From Camelus ferus (taxonomy: Eukaryota): DNA of 64,000 bases. Every line of letters begins with the position of its first letter. Position 1 is the first letter of the stretch. Below the pieces are notes generated by a model. It ran no database searches and had not been told where the DNA came from. It saw only the letters and a list, made by a program, of their open reading frames with translations. Made by a program: the position numbers and the translations under genes. The DNA is taken from contig NC_045697.1 in assembly GCF_009834535.1 (NCBI RefSeq), positions 112,098,001 to 112,162,000 of the forward strand, given 5' to 3'. This document shows, piece by piece, positions 37,672 through 50,877 of the stretch.

Positions 37672-39685
37672 AAGCACTTTTCTGACCACAACGCTATGAG
37701 ACTTCACTACAAGACACAAAATACTGCAAAAAATACAACATGTGGAAGCTAAACAAACTGGTCATGAAATAAATCAAAGAGGAAGTAAAAAAAATACCTA
37801 GAGACAAATGAAAATGAAGCACAGCAATCTAAAATCTATGGGATGCAGAAAAAGCAGTCCTAAAGGGGAATTTTATAGTGATACATGCTTACATCAGAAA
37901 ATCAAGAAAAATCTCAAATATACAACCTAACTTTACACCTAAAAGAACTAAAAAAAGAACAAACAAAACCCAAGGTTAGAAGAAGACAGGGAATAATATA
38001 GAGCAGAAATTAATGAAACAGAGACTTGAAAAACAATAGAAAAGGTCAATAAAACTAAGAGCTGGTTCTTTGAAAAGGTAAACAAAATAGATAAACAAGA
38101 AAAAGATAGCTCAAATATATAAATTAAGAAATGAAAGAGCAAAAGTTACTGCTGACACCACAGAAATACAGATCATCATAGGAGATTATTACAAACAATT
38201 ACATACCAATAAAATGGACAACCAAGGAGAAATGGATATTTCTAGACACATACAATCTCTCAAAACTGAATCAGGAAGAAATCTAAAATGTGAACAGATT
38301 GATTATCAGTAATCAAATTGAATCAGTAATAAAAAAAAAAAAGACCTCCAACAAAGAAAAGCCAGGACCAGACAGCTTCAGAGGTAAATACTACCAAACA
38401 TTTAAAGAAGAGTTCGCACCTATTCTTAAACTGTCCTAAAAAATGGAAGCAGAAGAAATGCTTCCAAACTCATTCTACCAGGACAGCATTACCTTGATAC
38501 CAAAACCAGACAGGTGTCACACACAAAAAAACTACAGGCCAATATCCTAGATGCAAAATGACTCAACAAAATCTTAGCCCACCAAAGTCAACAATATATT
38601 AAAAGATCAATCACCATGACCATGATCGTACACCATGGCATTTACTCCTGGGGCACAAGAATGGTTCAATATCCACAAATCAGTCAATGTAATACACCAC
38701 AGTTAACATACTGAAGAGTAGAAATTATATGATAACCTCAAAAGCTGCAGAAAAAGCTTCTGACAAAATTCAACATCCATTTATTTATTAATTTTTGTTT
38801 GTTTACTAATCTACATTTATTAATAATTACTAATTTAAATTTTTTATTAAATACAGCTGCATATTAACATACAATGCCTGAGCTTCTAATGAGCTGAAAT
38901 GAGCACATGGTAGCATGCTGTAGTAATTCATTTTATTCCAAGACTAAGAAACTGGATAATTTGATCAATGCATTCATTGTGTCATAAGTGAATGTGTGGT
39001 TTCTATTAGGGTATCCAAAATAGGAGCATGGTCTTCAGATGCTGACTTGCAAACCACTCATAGAGCCTTATTTACAAGTGAGGGGAAAATGGTCCATGAA
39101 AATAAAGTCACTTCTTCACAGTTAAAAGCAAATTGTAACCAAATGTGACTAGACAACATCCATTTATGATAAAGACTCTCAACAAAATGTTTATAGAGGG
39201 AACATACCTCAACATAACAAAGGCCATATATGATAAACCCACAGTCAACATCATACTCAGCTGAAAAGCTGAAAGCATTTCCTCCAAGATCAGGAAGACA
39301 AAAACAAGTCAGACAGAGAAAGAGAAATGCTGTATGGTCTCATTTATACATGAAGTCTTCAAAACAAAACAAACAAAACAAAATGAAAATAGACTCATAG
39401 ATACAGAGAACAAATAGGTTCTTGCCACAGAGGAGAAGGGTGGGAGGCAAGGAAATAGATGAATGGCTGAGGTACAAACATCCAGCTATAAAATAAATAG
39501 GCCATGGTGATGTAATATACAGCATAAAAATATGATCAATAATATTGTAATAGTTTTGTATGGGGACAGATTGTTACTAGATTTGTTGATCATTTCATAG
39601 TATATGCAAATGTCAAATTACTATATATTGCATCTGAAACTATCATAACATTGCACATCAACTATATTTCAATAAAAAATAAATA
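37672..39685 (+). mobile_element. LINE-1 ORF2 fragment plus 3' end, with a nested insert and an internal deletion
   Basis: tctgaccacaacgctatgagact (SDHN) to RT (gaaaagctgaaagcatttcctccaagatcagga), then a jump to aagtcagacagagaaaga and a 3'UTR ending caactatatttcaataaaaaat. Confidence 0.9.
38785..39153 (-). other. Retrotransposed non-L1 insert (orphan transduction or retrocopy) with 14-bp TSD
   Basis: caacatccatttat at 38771-38784 and 39154-39167. Minus-strand AATAAA at 38816-38821 and A-rich tail at 38785-38804. Confidence 0.8.
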
Positions 39686-39689
39686 TAGA

Positions 39690-41110
39690 AAATTAAAACT
39701 CCATTGATAAATTATAGAGACCTAAGTAGATGGAAAGATAAACATCCATGAATAGGAAAGCTCAATATCATACAGATATGAGTTCTCTTCATTACTGATC
39801 TATAGGTTCAATTCAATTCAAAACATTATTTCAGCATGGTTTTTGGGGAACTTGACAAGCAGATTTTACAATGTATGTAAAGAGCACAGAGTCAGTGGTA
39901 AAAGACAACCAAATTGAGAAAAAATAGAATGGTCTACTTAATAAGACAGTGCAGTGCTGGCATAAAGATCGATAAATAAAAATAAAACAAAATAGGAACT
40001 TAAACCTACACGTTACTTGTAGCAGGGATCGCGTTTGCAGATTATTGGAAGAAAGAAAGGCCTATACAGTAAAATATTTGGCATTATCACCTATACTTGT
40101 GCTACAGAAGTTCCTTCCCAGATGTATTTTTTTAAGATAAACTCCTGCACAAAGAGTTCATAGCAGCACCACTAAATAACAACAACAACAAAATGTATTT
40201 CTATTTCACTTTATAGAATTAATTTAAGTTTTTGAAAGAGTAAGGTTTAAATATAAAATCAAGATCTCAAAACTTTAAGGAACAATACTGAGGGGAAAAT
40301 CTTCATAATTTTACTAATCAGAACAACAAAAGATAAAATTACTATGCTACTAGGTTGACATTAAGAATTTATTTCCTTGTTAAAGACACAATAAAATGTG
40401 ACAAGACAAAAATATAAAAGATATTTGTGATACACACAACTGCCAAAGAATTCCTGTGTATCAGTAAGAAAACACCCACAGTCAAAATAACAGAATATGT
40501 GAACAAGTCTTTCACAGAAAGAAAACATAAATTATAAGTGAGCATTTGAAAATGTATTCATCCTTATTAATATATAGAGACATGAAGTGTAATATTATTT
40601 ATAGCTACTAGATTTGCAAAACTTGAAGTCTGTTAATATCAAGTGTTATAGAGAATGTGACTCAGTGGGACATCTTATACATTGTTGGTGGGAGTATAAA
40701 TTAATGCTACCAAGTTAGAACAACATTTGGCTTTATCACATACCCCATGATAGAGAAACTCCCATTTTAAATCAATTTCTAGACAAACTCTTACACAGGA
40801 GAAGTACAAAAATGTCTCTAGCAGCACTAGTAATCATAGCAATAATTAAGAACAACTCAAATCTTAATAAAAAGTAGAATTGGAAAAAAAAATACAGACA
40901 TTAATGGGGGTATGTCAAATGGGGCACAGAAGCCATCTCAAAGAGCACCCGGTAACCAAAGCAGTATTTGGTTATAATCCATAGTTAGAATTAGACAGAG
41001 ATAAAGATTGCATACAACATTATGAATGCACTAAATGCCACTGAATTGTTCGCTCTAAAGTGGTTAATTTAATGTTTATGTGAATTTCACCTCAAAAAAA
41101 TAAAAAAGAG
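39690..41110 (+). mobile_element. Ancient LINE-1 fragments (L1ME-like ORF2 end; L1MB-like 3' tip at ~40990-41110)
   Basis: agacctaagtagatggaaagata..ctcaatatcat; acattgttggtgggagtataaatt; ttgcatacaacattatgaatgcactaaatgccactgaattgt..gtgaatttcacctcaa. Confidence 0.7.
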
Positions 41111-41554
41111 ATACTTAGCAACAGGATTAGCAGTAACCTCTGAAGAACATAGTAGCAAAGTCAACAGAGCAGCATGACTTCACTCCACATTCTTCCATAG
41201 CAGTCTCTGTTTTCTTAGGTTTCTAGGATCAAATGCGATGGTGGAAACTACTGGGTTTGCATGGTAAAGAAACAAGAGCACAGAGCACTGGTATTTAGAG
41301 ATGTGGTCTATCTAGTGTATACTAACCAGAAAATGAAGCCTGGGTCATATCAACTCAAAGTATTAACAGTTACTATTAATAAATAAAGGGATCCTATACT
41401 TATTGAATTCATTTTTAAAAAGTGAGATACAAAAAAGCTGATTGGAAGTGCTTTGTGCACGCACAGGGCTTTTTAAATATAAAGTGTTAGCGGGGCACTG
41501 AATGTCAGTATCTTTAGGTCTTTTCTCATGGGCTGGTCAGATCCTTCAAACAAG

Positions 41555-41742
41555 TAGGTTGCCAGATTTAGCAAATAAAAATGTAAGATTCCCAATTAAA
41601 TATTATTCTATGTAAACAAAGGGTAACTTTTTAGAATAATTGTGACCTGATTATTAAGGGGATATAGTGATACTGAAAAATTATTTATTCTTTCTCTGAA
41701 ATTCAAATTTAATTGAGCACCCCATATTTATAGAGCCAAGCC
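41555..41742. mobile_element. MER53-like hAT MITE (palindromic)
   Basis: ggttgccagatttagcaaataaaaat...cccaattaaat ... tctgaaattcaaatttaattgagcaccc. Confidence 0.75.
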
Positions 41743-42253
41743 TCTTATAATTTCCTGCCTGCGATGTAGAATCCTTGCTGCCAGAATTCTTGGAGCTAGG
41801 CTTAAACAGGAGATGGGGGTTTCCACATTTCCTGTATAAGTTTTCAATTAAATGCCTGTTTTGATGTATAGTTTTCCACCATCTGTTTTACTACTACCAA
41901 GGAATAAAGTTCCAATCTTCTGCTGGGGTGGAGAAGATCATTTGGCAATTGAAATCTTATTAATCAGCTTTTAAACTTCTCATCTATTTTCAGTATCATG
42001 TTTACACCCACTTCAGTTCTATATACCCTCTTCTAGATGAACCTGTTACCACTAGTTCAAGAGTTTTGCCATCTGTGGTGGCAATTGTGTTTGTTCTTGG
42101 CTTTCTTTGCAGCCAGTTTAGGGTTAGGTTTACTCCATTTTCTATGACAGTTATCACTTATCCATCTATTTTTCAGTTTTATAAATCCATCCATTTGGTG
42201 AAGAAGTGGACGCAAATATGTATCTTCAAATTTTCTTTAACCAGAAGTCAAAC

Positions 42254-42621
42254 TGTCTTAGTCTGTTCAGGCAGCTAGAACAGAACACCATAGACTGTTA
42301 TACCGTACTGGTTATAACAGTAGAAGTTTATTTCTCAACATTCTGCAGACTGAGAAGCCCCAGATCAGGGTACCCACAGATTTGGTGTCTGATGAAGCCC
42401 TGCTTCCTGGTTCATATACAACTGTCTTCCCCCTTTGTCCTCACATGGTGGAAGGAACAAGGGATTTCTATGGGATCTCTTTCATAAGGACATGAATATA
42501 ATTCATGAGGGTTCCACACACTAACCAAGCTCCCTAAGGTCTCAACTTCAAATAACATCATACTGGGGATCAGGTTTCAACATACGAATTTTGGGGACAC
42601 GCAAACATTTAGTCTATAGCA
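42254..42621 (-). mobile_element. MaLR solo LTR (MLT1A-like)
   Basis: tgtcttagtctgttcaggc..aacagaacaccatagactg...ggtttcaacatacgaattttggggacac..aaacatttagtctatagca. Confidence 0.88.
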
Positions 42622-42799
42622 CAGATCTAGATATTTTAGTAGTGACAAAGAACAAATAATCTTAATCAAGTAAACTCTTCTTAGGAACAAAAAGTGAGAT
42701 AATAATTACTGGCTCTTTTTATAAGGGAATATAATTCAATAAAAATATCAAAAAATATTTATGAGAAAATGAGGTTAATTTTTTCCCACAGATATTAGG

Positions 42800-43700
42800 A
42801 AACCATGCCAAGCAATTTATTTTGTATTATTTATATTAACATACTTAAAAACAACATCTTGAGCAACTTGAATTTATACTAGGAATGTAAGGATTTTTTT
42901 AACGTTAGAAAATGTGTTAATGTAATTAACCAAAAGATACAAAGAAATAATATATAGCTGTATCAAATAGGGACATTGGATAAAAAGTCCCACATTCAAG
43001 AGAAAAAGTCACAGAAAATCAGATATTTAAAAATAAGGATGGACACAACATTGTAAACTCAATAAAATATCTTATTGTATAACTCAATAAGAAAAGTTTA
43101 AAAAAATAAGGATGACTTACATTTCTACCAGATAGCAAGACTAAATTTCAACTGTATCTACCAAATATCAGAAATGAACTTTATATTTATCATTAGTAGC
43201 ATTCTAGTTCATATCAAGAACAACAAAAGGATGCCCACTATCTCTACTACTAATCAAATTATACTGGAGACTTTACTCAGTTCAGGAGGTTGGGAATAAG
43301 CAATAAAAGATGTAAGAATATTATGAAAAATAAATACAGCTCTGTCTCTTTACAGATAGAAAATTAGTCTGACAAGGAAAATCTGAAAGAATCTATAGGC
43401 AAATTATTAAAAATATCTAAGAGAGGACAGCACAATTACTGTTGCACAGAAAATATACAAAATATAATTGCAATTTCATACATCAGCAATTTTTTTAAAA
43501 ATTGAAAATGTAGGTTTTGAAAGAGGTAATGTAAGCACCTACAGGTACAATCTAACAAATGAGACTTTAGACTTTTATAGAGAAAAACTATAAAACTCTA
43601 TGGAAACATATATTAAAATACTTGAGTAAAAGAATGTTTAAGTTTGCAAAATTTAAATGAATAGAATGTAACTTAGCTCTAAATGAATTTTTATTTTTAT
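42800..43700 (+). mobile_element. Ancient LINE-1 ORF2 remnant
   Basis: aacaacaaaaggatgcccactatctctactact...atactggag (QGCPLSxLL-like). Confidence 0.65.
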
Positions 43701-43702
43701 TG

Positions 43703-46700
43703 TCCCAGCCTGAGCCAAGCAAATGCTCCAGCACTGGCTGCCTCGTGTCACAGCTCCCCAGGAGAGCAAAGGTGGCCGTGACCAAGAAAAAGGCTTGGCT
43801 ATGAGACACTGTGGAGGCTCAAACTCTAAGGGGCATCTAAGCAGGGAGAGGGTAGCCATTACAGGTGATTGCATAGGTAGTAAGTCAGAGGCAGACAAGG
43901 TCTCTGAACCTGGTCAGACCACAACACCCAATGCCCTGATCCTTGCTGAATACCCACACCAGCCCTTCTTGCTCCATTACTACCCTTCTCTGGGAATCAG
44001 GGTCAGGGTGCGTGGAGTGGGTAGAGCACACAATTAAAGGTAACTGAGCCAGCCTGGACTTGAATCTCAGGGTTTCTGTTCTAGCAACTTGGGACCCGAT
44101 CCTCCCCCCAAGGTAGGGTGGTGATAGCCGCTGAGCAAAAGGGAAGCCCTGCCTCACACCTGGCTATGATCCTAGGTGCTCCTTCTCCAGCCCCACCTCT
44201 CATCAAGTTAATAGCCTCCAGCATATCCTGAAGAAAGACAGGACTTGTGTTCATGTCAAAGTCAGCAGCACATGCAGACAGTCTAGAAGTGCTCCCACAT
44301 AACGACACCTTTTCAAAACCACCATGGATAGCTGCTTCACCTAATTTCATAGAGACAGAGAAGGATAACCAAAACTGAAGACAGAGGAATTTGTCTCAAT
44401 TGAAAGGGAAAGATAAAAGCCCTTTAAAAACAACTATTGAAATAGAAATAAACAATTTACTAAATAAAGGATTCAAAGCATTAGTAATAAGAATACTAAC
44501 TGAATTAGGGAAAAGAATAGAGGAACACAGTAAGAAATTTAACAAGGAACTAGAAAATATAAAAAGGAACCAGACCATAACTGAAATGAAAAACACACTA
44601 GAAGGAATTAACAGCAGACCAGGTGATACAGAAGAATAAATAAATGGTCTGGAAGATAGAATAATAGAAATCTTCTAATCAGAGCACCAAAAAGAAAAAT
44701 AATTTCAAAGAAATGAAAACAGTTTATAGGATCTTTAGAATACTATCAAGCATAGAAACATTCACATTATAGGGTCTTAGAAGGAGAAAAGAGAGAGAAG
44801 GGAGTTGGAAATGTATTTAATAAAATTATGGCTGAAAACTTCCTAAGTCTGAAGGAGCAAACAGATATACAAATACAGGAAGCATAGAGGGTCCCAAACA
44901 GACTCACACCAAGACAATTTATAATGAAAATAGCAAAATTAAAGGTAGAGAATCCTAAAGGCAGCAAAAGAAAAAGAAAAAAAATCATATACAAGGGAAT
45001 CACCATAAAGGCTTTCAGCTAATTTCTCTGCAGAAAATTTGCAGGTGAGAAGGGAGTGACAAGATACAATTAAAGTGTTGAAAGAGGAAAAACCTGCAAC
45101 CTAGGATACTTTATTCAATAAGATTATCATTTAGAATTGAAGGAGAGATAAAGAACTTCTAGACAAGCAAAAACTAAAAGAGTTCATCAATACTAAACCT
45201 ATCCTAAAAGAAATGTTAAAGAATCCTTTCTAAATGGAAAAAAAAAGGCTATAATGATAAGTAACAATCAATAGAAAAGGAAGAATCCCAGTAGTAAAGG
45301 CAAATATATTGTAAAAGCTGAGGATCAATCACTTAAATAAGCTAGTACAAAGATTAAAAGACAAAAACATTGTAAAATCAAGCATAACTACAATAATCAG
45401 TAAGGGATAAGCATGGAGACGTATTAGAAAGAAAACATGTGGAGGAAGGGAGTAAAACATGTAGATCTTTTAGGATGTGTCTGAACTTAAAGGACTAGCA
45501 ATTTAAAACATATAGATATAGCTATAGGTCAAAATATAAACAACCTAGTAATCACAAATCAGAAAGCTAAAATAGTTACACAAAAACAAGAGAGAAAGGA
45601 CACAAGCATATCACTAAAGAAAATCATCAAAATACAAGGGAAGAAACTACAATAAGAAGAAAAGAATAAGGAAGATCTACAAAACAACCAAAAGCAAGTA
45701 TTAAAATGGCAGTAAGTACCCACCAATCAATATTTACTTTAATGTGAATGGACTAAATACTCCAATCAAAAGACAGCGTGGCTGATTGGATTAAAACAAA
45801 CAAACAAACAAGATCTCCCGACATGCTGCTCACAAGACTTACTTCAGAACTAAAGACACACAGACTGAAACTGAAAGAGGGGGAAAAGATATTTCATGCA
45901 AACAGAAATGAGAAGAAAGTGGAGGTAGCAAAGACAAAACGGACTTTAAAACGAAGTCTATAACAAAAGATAAAAGGACATCATATGATCACAAAGGGAT
46001 CAATACAAGAAGAAGATATTACACTCATTAACATATTCACCCAATACAGGAGCACCTAAATATATAAAGCAAATGCTAACAGACTTTAGGGAGAGATTGA
46101 CAACAGTACAACAACTAGTAGGGGACTTTAGTCTTCCACTAACATCAATGGACAGATCATTCAGACAGAAAATCGATTAGGCAACAGTGGTCTTAAAAGA
46201 TACAATAGATCAATTGGACTTAATAGATATCTACGGGACCTTCCATTCAAAAACTTCAGAATACACATTATTTTCAAGGGCACACAGAACATTCTCCAGG
46301 ACAGATCACATGCTAGGTCACAAAACAAGTCTCATCAAATTTAAGAGGATCAAAATTACATCAAGCATTTTTTATGATAAGACAGTATAAAACTATAAAT
46401 CAAGTACAGGAAGAGAAATGGGAAAAGCACAAACACATGGAGATGAAACTACATGCTACTAAAAAAGCCATGAGTCAATGAAGAAATCAAAGAGGAAATC
46501 AAAAAACACCTGGAAACAAATGAAAACAGAAACACAATTTTCCAATATCTATAGGTTGCAGCAAAAGCAGTTCTAAGAGGGAAGTTTATAATAATACAGG
46601 CCTACTTCAAGATACAAGAAAAACGCAAATAAACAATCTAACTTTCCACCTAAAGGGATAATTAAAAAAGAACAAGAAGAGCCCAACATCAGCAGAAGGA

Positions 46701-48510
46701 AGGAAATAATAAAGATCAGAAAGAAAGCAAGTAAAATAGAGACCAAAACAACCATAGCAAAGATCAACGAAACCAAGAGCTGGTTCTTTGAAAAGGTAAA
46801 TAAAATTGGTAAATCTTTAGACAAGCTCATCAAGAAAATAAGAGGGAGGATCCCAATAAACAAAATAAGAAATCAAAGAGGAGAAGTAACAACCAATATT
46901 ACAGAGACACCAAAAAATCTTAACTAAAATACCACAATCAACTGTATGCCAACAAACTGGACAACCTAGAAGAAATGGACAAGTTTCTAGAAACATAAAA
47001 CCTGCCAATCCTGAATTGAGAAGAAATAGACAATCTGAACAGACCAATCACTGGTAGTGAAATTGGATTTGTGATGAAAAAATCCTGGAAAATGGAAGTC
47101 CAGGACCAGATGGCTTTATGGGGGAATTCTACCAAACAAATAAAGAAGAGCTAATACCTCAATCTCTGCTCCAAAATTGAAGGGGACAGAACACTCCCAG
47201 AGTCATTCTACAAGACAATCATCACCCTGATGCCAAAACCAGACAAAAACACTACAAAAAAGAAAAGTATATGTCAATATCTTTAAAGAATAAAGATGCA
47301 AAACTCCTTAACAAAATATTAGTAAATTAAACTCAACATACACATGGTGTATGATATGAAAAAGATCATACATCATAATCAAGTGAGATTTATACCAGGG
47401 ACCCAAAAATGATTTCATATTCACAAATCAATCAGTAGTGATTCACCACGTTAACAAAAGGAAGGATAAAAATCACATGATCATCTCAATAGATACAGAA
47501 AAACCTCTGACAAAATTCAACATCCATTCATGATAAAAACTGTCATCAAAGTTCGTATAGAGAGAACATATTTCAAGAGAATAAGAGCCATTTATGACAA
47601 ACCCTCATGAACATTTTTTTTAATTTGCTTGTTTTGAGGGGGGAGGTAATTAGGTCTGTTGTTTGTTTGTTTTATAGAAGAGGTACTGGGGATTGAACCC
47701 AGGACCTCATGAATGCTAAGCATGTGCTCTAGCCCTTGATCTATGTCCTCCCTGCTAACATCATACTTAATGGTGAAAGGTTGAAAGCTTCTCCTGTAAA
47801 ATGAGGAACAATAAAAGGATGCTTACTTGCACTATTTCTATTTAACATAGTATTGGAAGTCCTAGCCACAGTAACTAGACAAGAAAAAGAAGTAAAAGGC
47901 ACCCAGATTGGAAGGAAAGAAGTAAAACTGCCACTCTTTGCAGATGATGTAATACCACCTATAGAAAACCCTAAAATCTCCACCGAAAAATTACTAGAAT
48001 TAATAAATGAATCCAATAAAGTTGAAGGACACAAGTTTAATACGCAGAAATTTGTTGATTTGGGGTATACTAATAATGAACTATCAGAAAGAGAAATTAA
48101 GAAAACAGTCCCATTTAAAATTACTTCAAAGAGAATAAAATACCTAAAAATGGAGATGAAAGATCTATACTCTGAAAACTACAAAACACTGATGTTTTCC
48201 ACAAAACTACAAAAAGAGAAAAATCCCAATTAAAAAATAGTCAGAAGACCTGAATAGAACCCAGTGGTTACCAGAAGGGAGAGGGAAGGTGGAGAGGCGA
48301 TGTAGGGATAGGGGATTGAGAGGTACAAACTATTATGTATAAAATAAATAAGCCGTGAGGATATACCATACAGCACAGGGAATATAGCCAATGTTTTACA
48401 ATAAGTATATATGGAGTATAACCTTTAAAAATTGTGAGTCACTATGTTACGCACCTGAAAGTTATGTAATATTGTACATCAACTATTCTCCAATAAAAAT
48501 AAAAACTAAA
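43703..48510 (+). mobile_element. Older LINE-1: partial 5'UTR, ORF1 (~44375-45233), ORF2 (45706-~48195), internal deletions, 3' end
   Basis: ELENIKRNQ..EMKNTLEGINSR (ORF1); atggcagtaagtacc; LDLIDIYGTFH..FSRTDHMLGHK; KLPLFADDVI; 3' end ...gtacatcaactattctccaataaaaat. Confidence 0.92.
47614..47752 (-). mobile_element. Camelid SINE (Vic-1 type) inserted antisense in L1 ORF2
   Basis: polyT...ggaggtaattagg..(GTTT)n..gaggtactggggattgaacccaggacctcatgaatgctaagcatg. Flanked by aacat on both sides. Confidence 0.9.
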
Positions 48511-49029
48511 GTTATTTATACAATACATGCAAATGATTGAGGCATATAAATAGGAAACTTCAGGGGATAAGTGAAAATATTTGCTGTCCACTCTAAAAAT
48601 GTTTAATCTTCTTCTTTGATTTTTTTTCAGTGGGCAATCTTTTTCCAGCCTGCCTCACTAATGAAAAAGTGCTCGTTATATTTTAAAAATCCAGCTGGAG
48701 TCCTGCTATAAGTCAACAGGCCCGTCTAAATGCTTTTATTGGCACAGAGTCCACTTGGCCATCCTCTCTCCTGTATCCAATAATGGCTGTTCTATTATCT
48801 TCATCACTTTTTCCCTGATTTCTCTCAGCCCCGCCTCTTTCCCGTTCTTGTCCAATGACCTTTCCCTGAGTGGACACTGGGTGGGTGTATCTCACACACC
48901 TGCATCTGCAGCTATCCCTGCCTTCCCCCTCGAGGCCCAGAGGATGACAGGCCCTCCTTTTATGAGCTTGCTGCTGCATACTTAGGCATCTCTCAGGCAC
49001 TTTTCCTCTCTTACTCAGTCCTCAACCTC

Positions 49030-49150
49030 TTCTCTCTGTCTTGCTTACCTTCTCTGAATCTGTTCTCTTATCTCTAAAATGAGGGCAATAAATACTCATT
49101 TTTGTTGTTGTTATAAGGATCAAATGAGTCAGATGACCTATGTAAATGTT
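49030..49150 (+). mobile_element. MIR fragment
   Basis: cttaccttctctgaatctgttctcttatctctaaaatgagggcaataa. Confidence 0.6.
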
Positions 49151-50174
49151 CATTTTTACTGTAAAAGCAATGTCTTCAAGGAATTATTCATAATCTAGGT
49201 TTCTAAGGGATAGAAAGATTTTACTGACTTCCTTAGAAGGTTCTATTCATATAATGTTGGTCTCTAAAATATCTACAAAAAGCACTTGCAAAAATAAATT
49301 CAAGAACAGAAATCAGGGAAGGAAAAGAAAAGTAAATGTGTGCCAAAAGTTAAGAGGGAACTGCAGGGAAGATTTTAGAAAGTTTGCAGAGAATTACTCA
49401 TTGATAGTCCTTTGGGTTTCTCTTCACTCTACATTTTTTCCATAAGGTGGTATTTTCTTCTCCAGAATGAATAGAAGAATGTTTGAGTTTTGAAAGTACA
49501 CATTTAAAAATTGATTTAAAAAATGATGAATTGTCTTATGTTCAAATTAGTAAATTGATGTAGCACTTTGAATGAACAGCAGGACATCAAAACATTTCTG
49601 AATAGTATTATGAAGCATTACAGATGCTTCTTTTGGACTAGTTGCTCATTTCCCAAATAGATTTATTTGATAGCTTTTCTCACTTAATAAAAGGATGAAT
49701 TGGAAAAATATAAACAGATTGTAATAACCAGAAATAAATGAACTTGACAACCTGGAAGAGGAGCAATTGCCAATGGACCGAATAATAATGAGAAGAAGTT
49801 TGGCATGCACTGTCTATGTATGAATAAGAAATGCAATTTTTGGCATTTCAGTTTAGAACAGACTGACTGGAAGTGGAGTTTGGAAAAAAAAGAACATTTT
49901 TAATATCCTAAAAAATGTTTTTCTAAAATATATAGTCAACTATGTTTTACTTAATAATTTAAAATATCCTGTATCTCTCACTCTCTTTCCCTCTATCTCT
50001 TCTTTCTTCCTTTCTTCACTTCAAAAATTCTGAGAAATATGACTATAATGAAGACAATAGTTCTTCCAATTTTGATTCCATAATACTTATAAAAAGGGAA
50101 AATTTTGATCTTTTAATTAAATATCTTGATTATAGTTAACATCTCTGAAAGCAGAATCATCATCTTTATAGAAA

Positions 50175-50345
50175 ACTAGCATTTTCATTCCAGCTGTTTC
50201 CTGCTACCGGTGTGATTTTGAGCAAATCACTTAATATCTCTAAGCCTCATATACAAGAAGAAAATAATAATTCAAGACTGTTGTGATAATTAAGATGAAA
50301 CAGTGCACCTGACAGAGTGTTAAAAACTATAAATTTTATAAACTA
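50175..50345 (+). mobile_element. MIR fragment
   Basis: gtgtgattttgagcaaatcacttaatatctctaagcctca. Confidence 0.6.
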
Positions 50346-50877
50346 TGCAAAAATAAGACATTTTACATATTTTCACACAGTATCATTTCCCCATTGGAAT
50401 TGCCAGGCACCATACATTAGCTGCATCCAGGTGACTGAGCTTTTCTTTTTCATTCATGTATTTGGCATTGTGTAGAAGCCTCCAAACAGCCACAAACCAA
50501 GCTGAGTCTAGTCAAGGAGTTAAGTACAGGGCCTTAAGGAGGTGGTCTACTCTCTTTGTGCTACAGCTAAAGAAAGACACAGAGCAGTAAAGGGAGAAAC
50601 TCAAGGACAAACCAATAGCTCAGGACTTAGTGCTCAGATGTTCTTATCTCTCCTTGGGGTGAACTTTTTACTGTTTCATTCTACCCTCATTTTCATAGGA
50701 TAATAATGAAAACCAGTGCTTCCTGTCTCTGAGCACTGTGTTAGGCATTTTATGTGGGTTCTTCCAAACAACAAACATTTGTTGAAAACTCACTGTCATA
50801 GGCAATGGGAACTTAAAAATAAAGAGAAGTAAAACACAACCATTGGCTGCAAGGGATCACAATGTAATAGAGGAACA

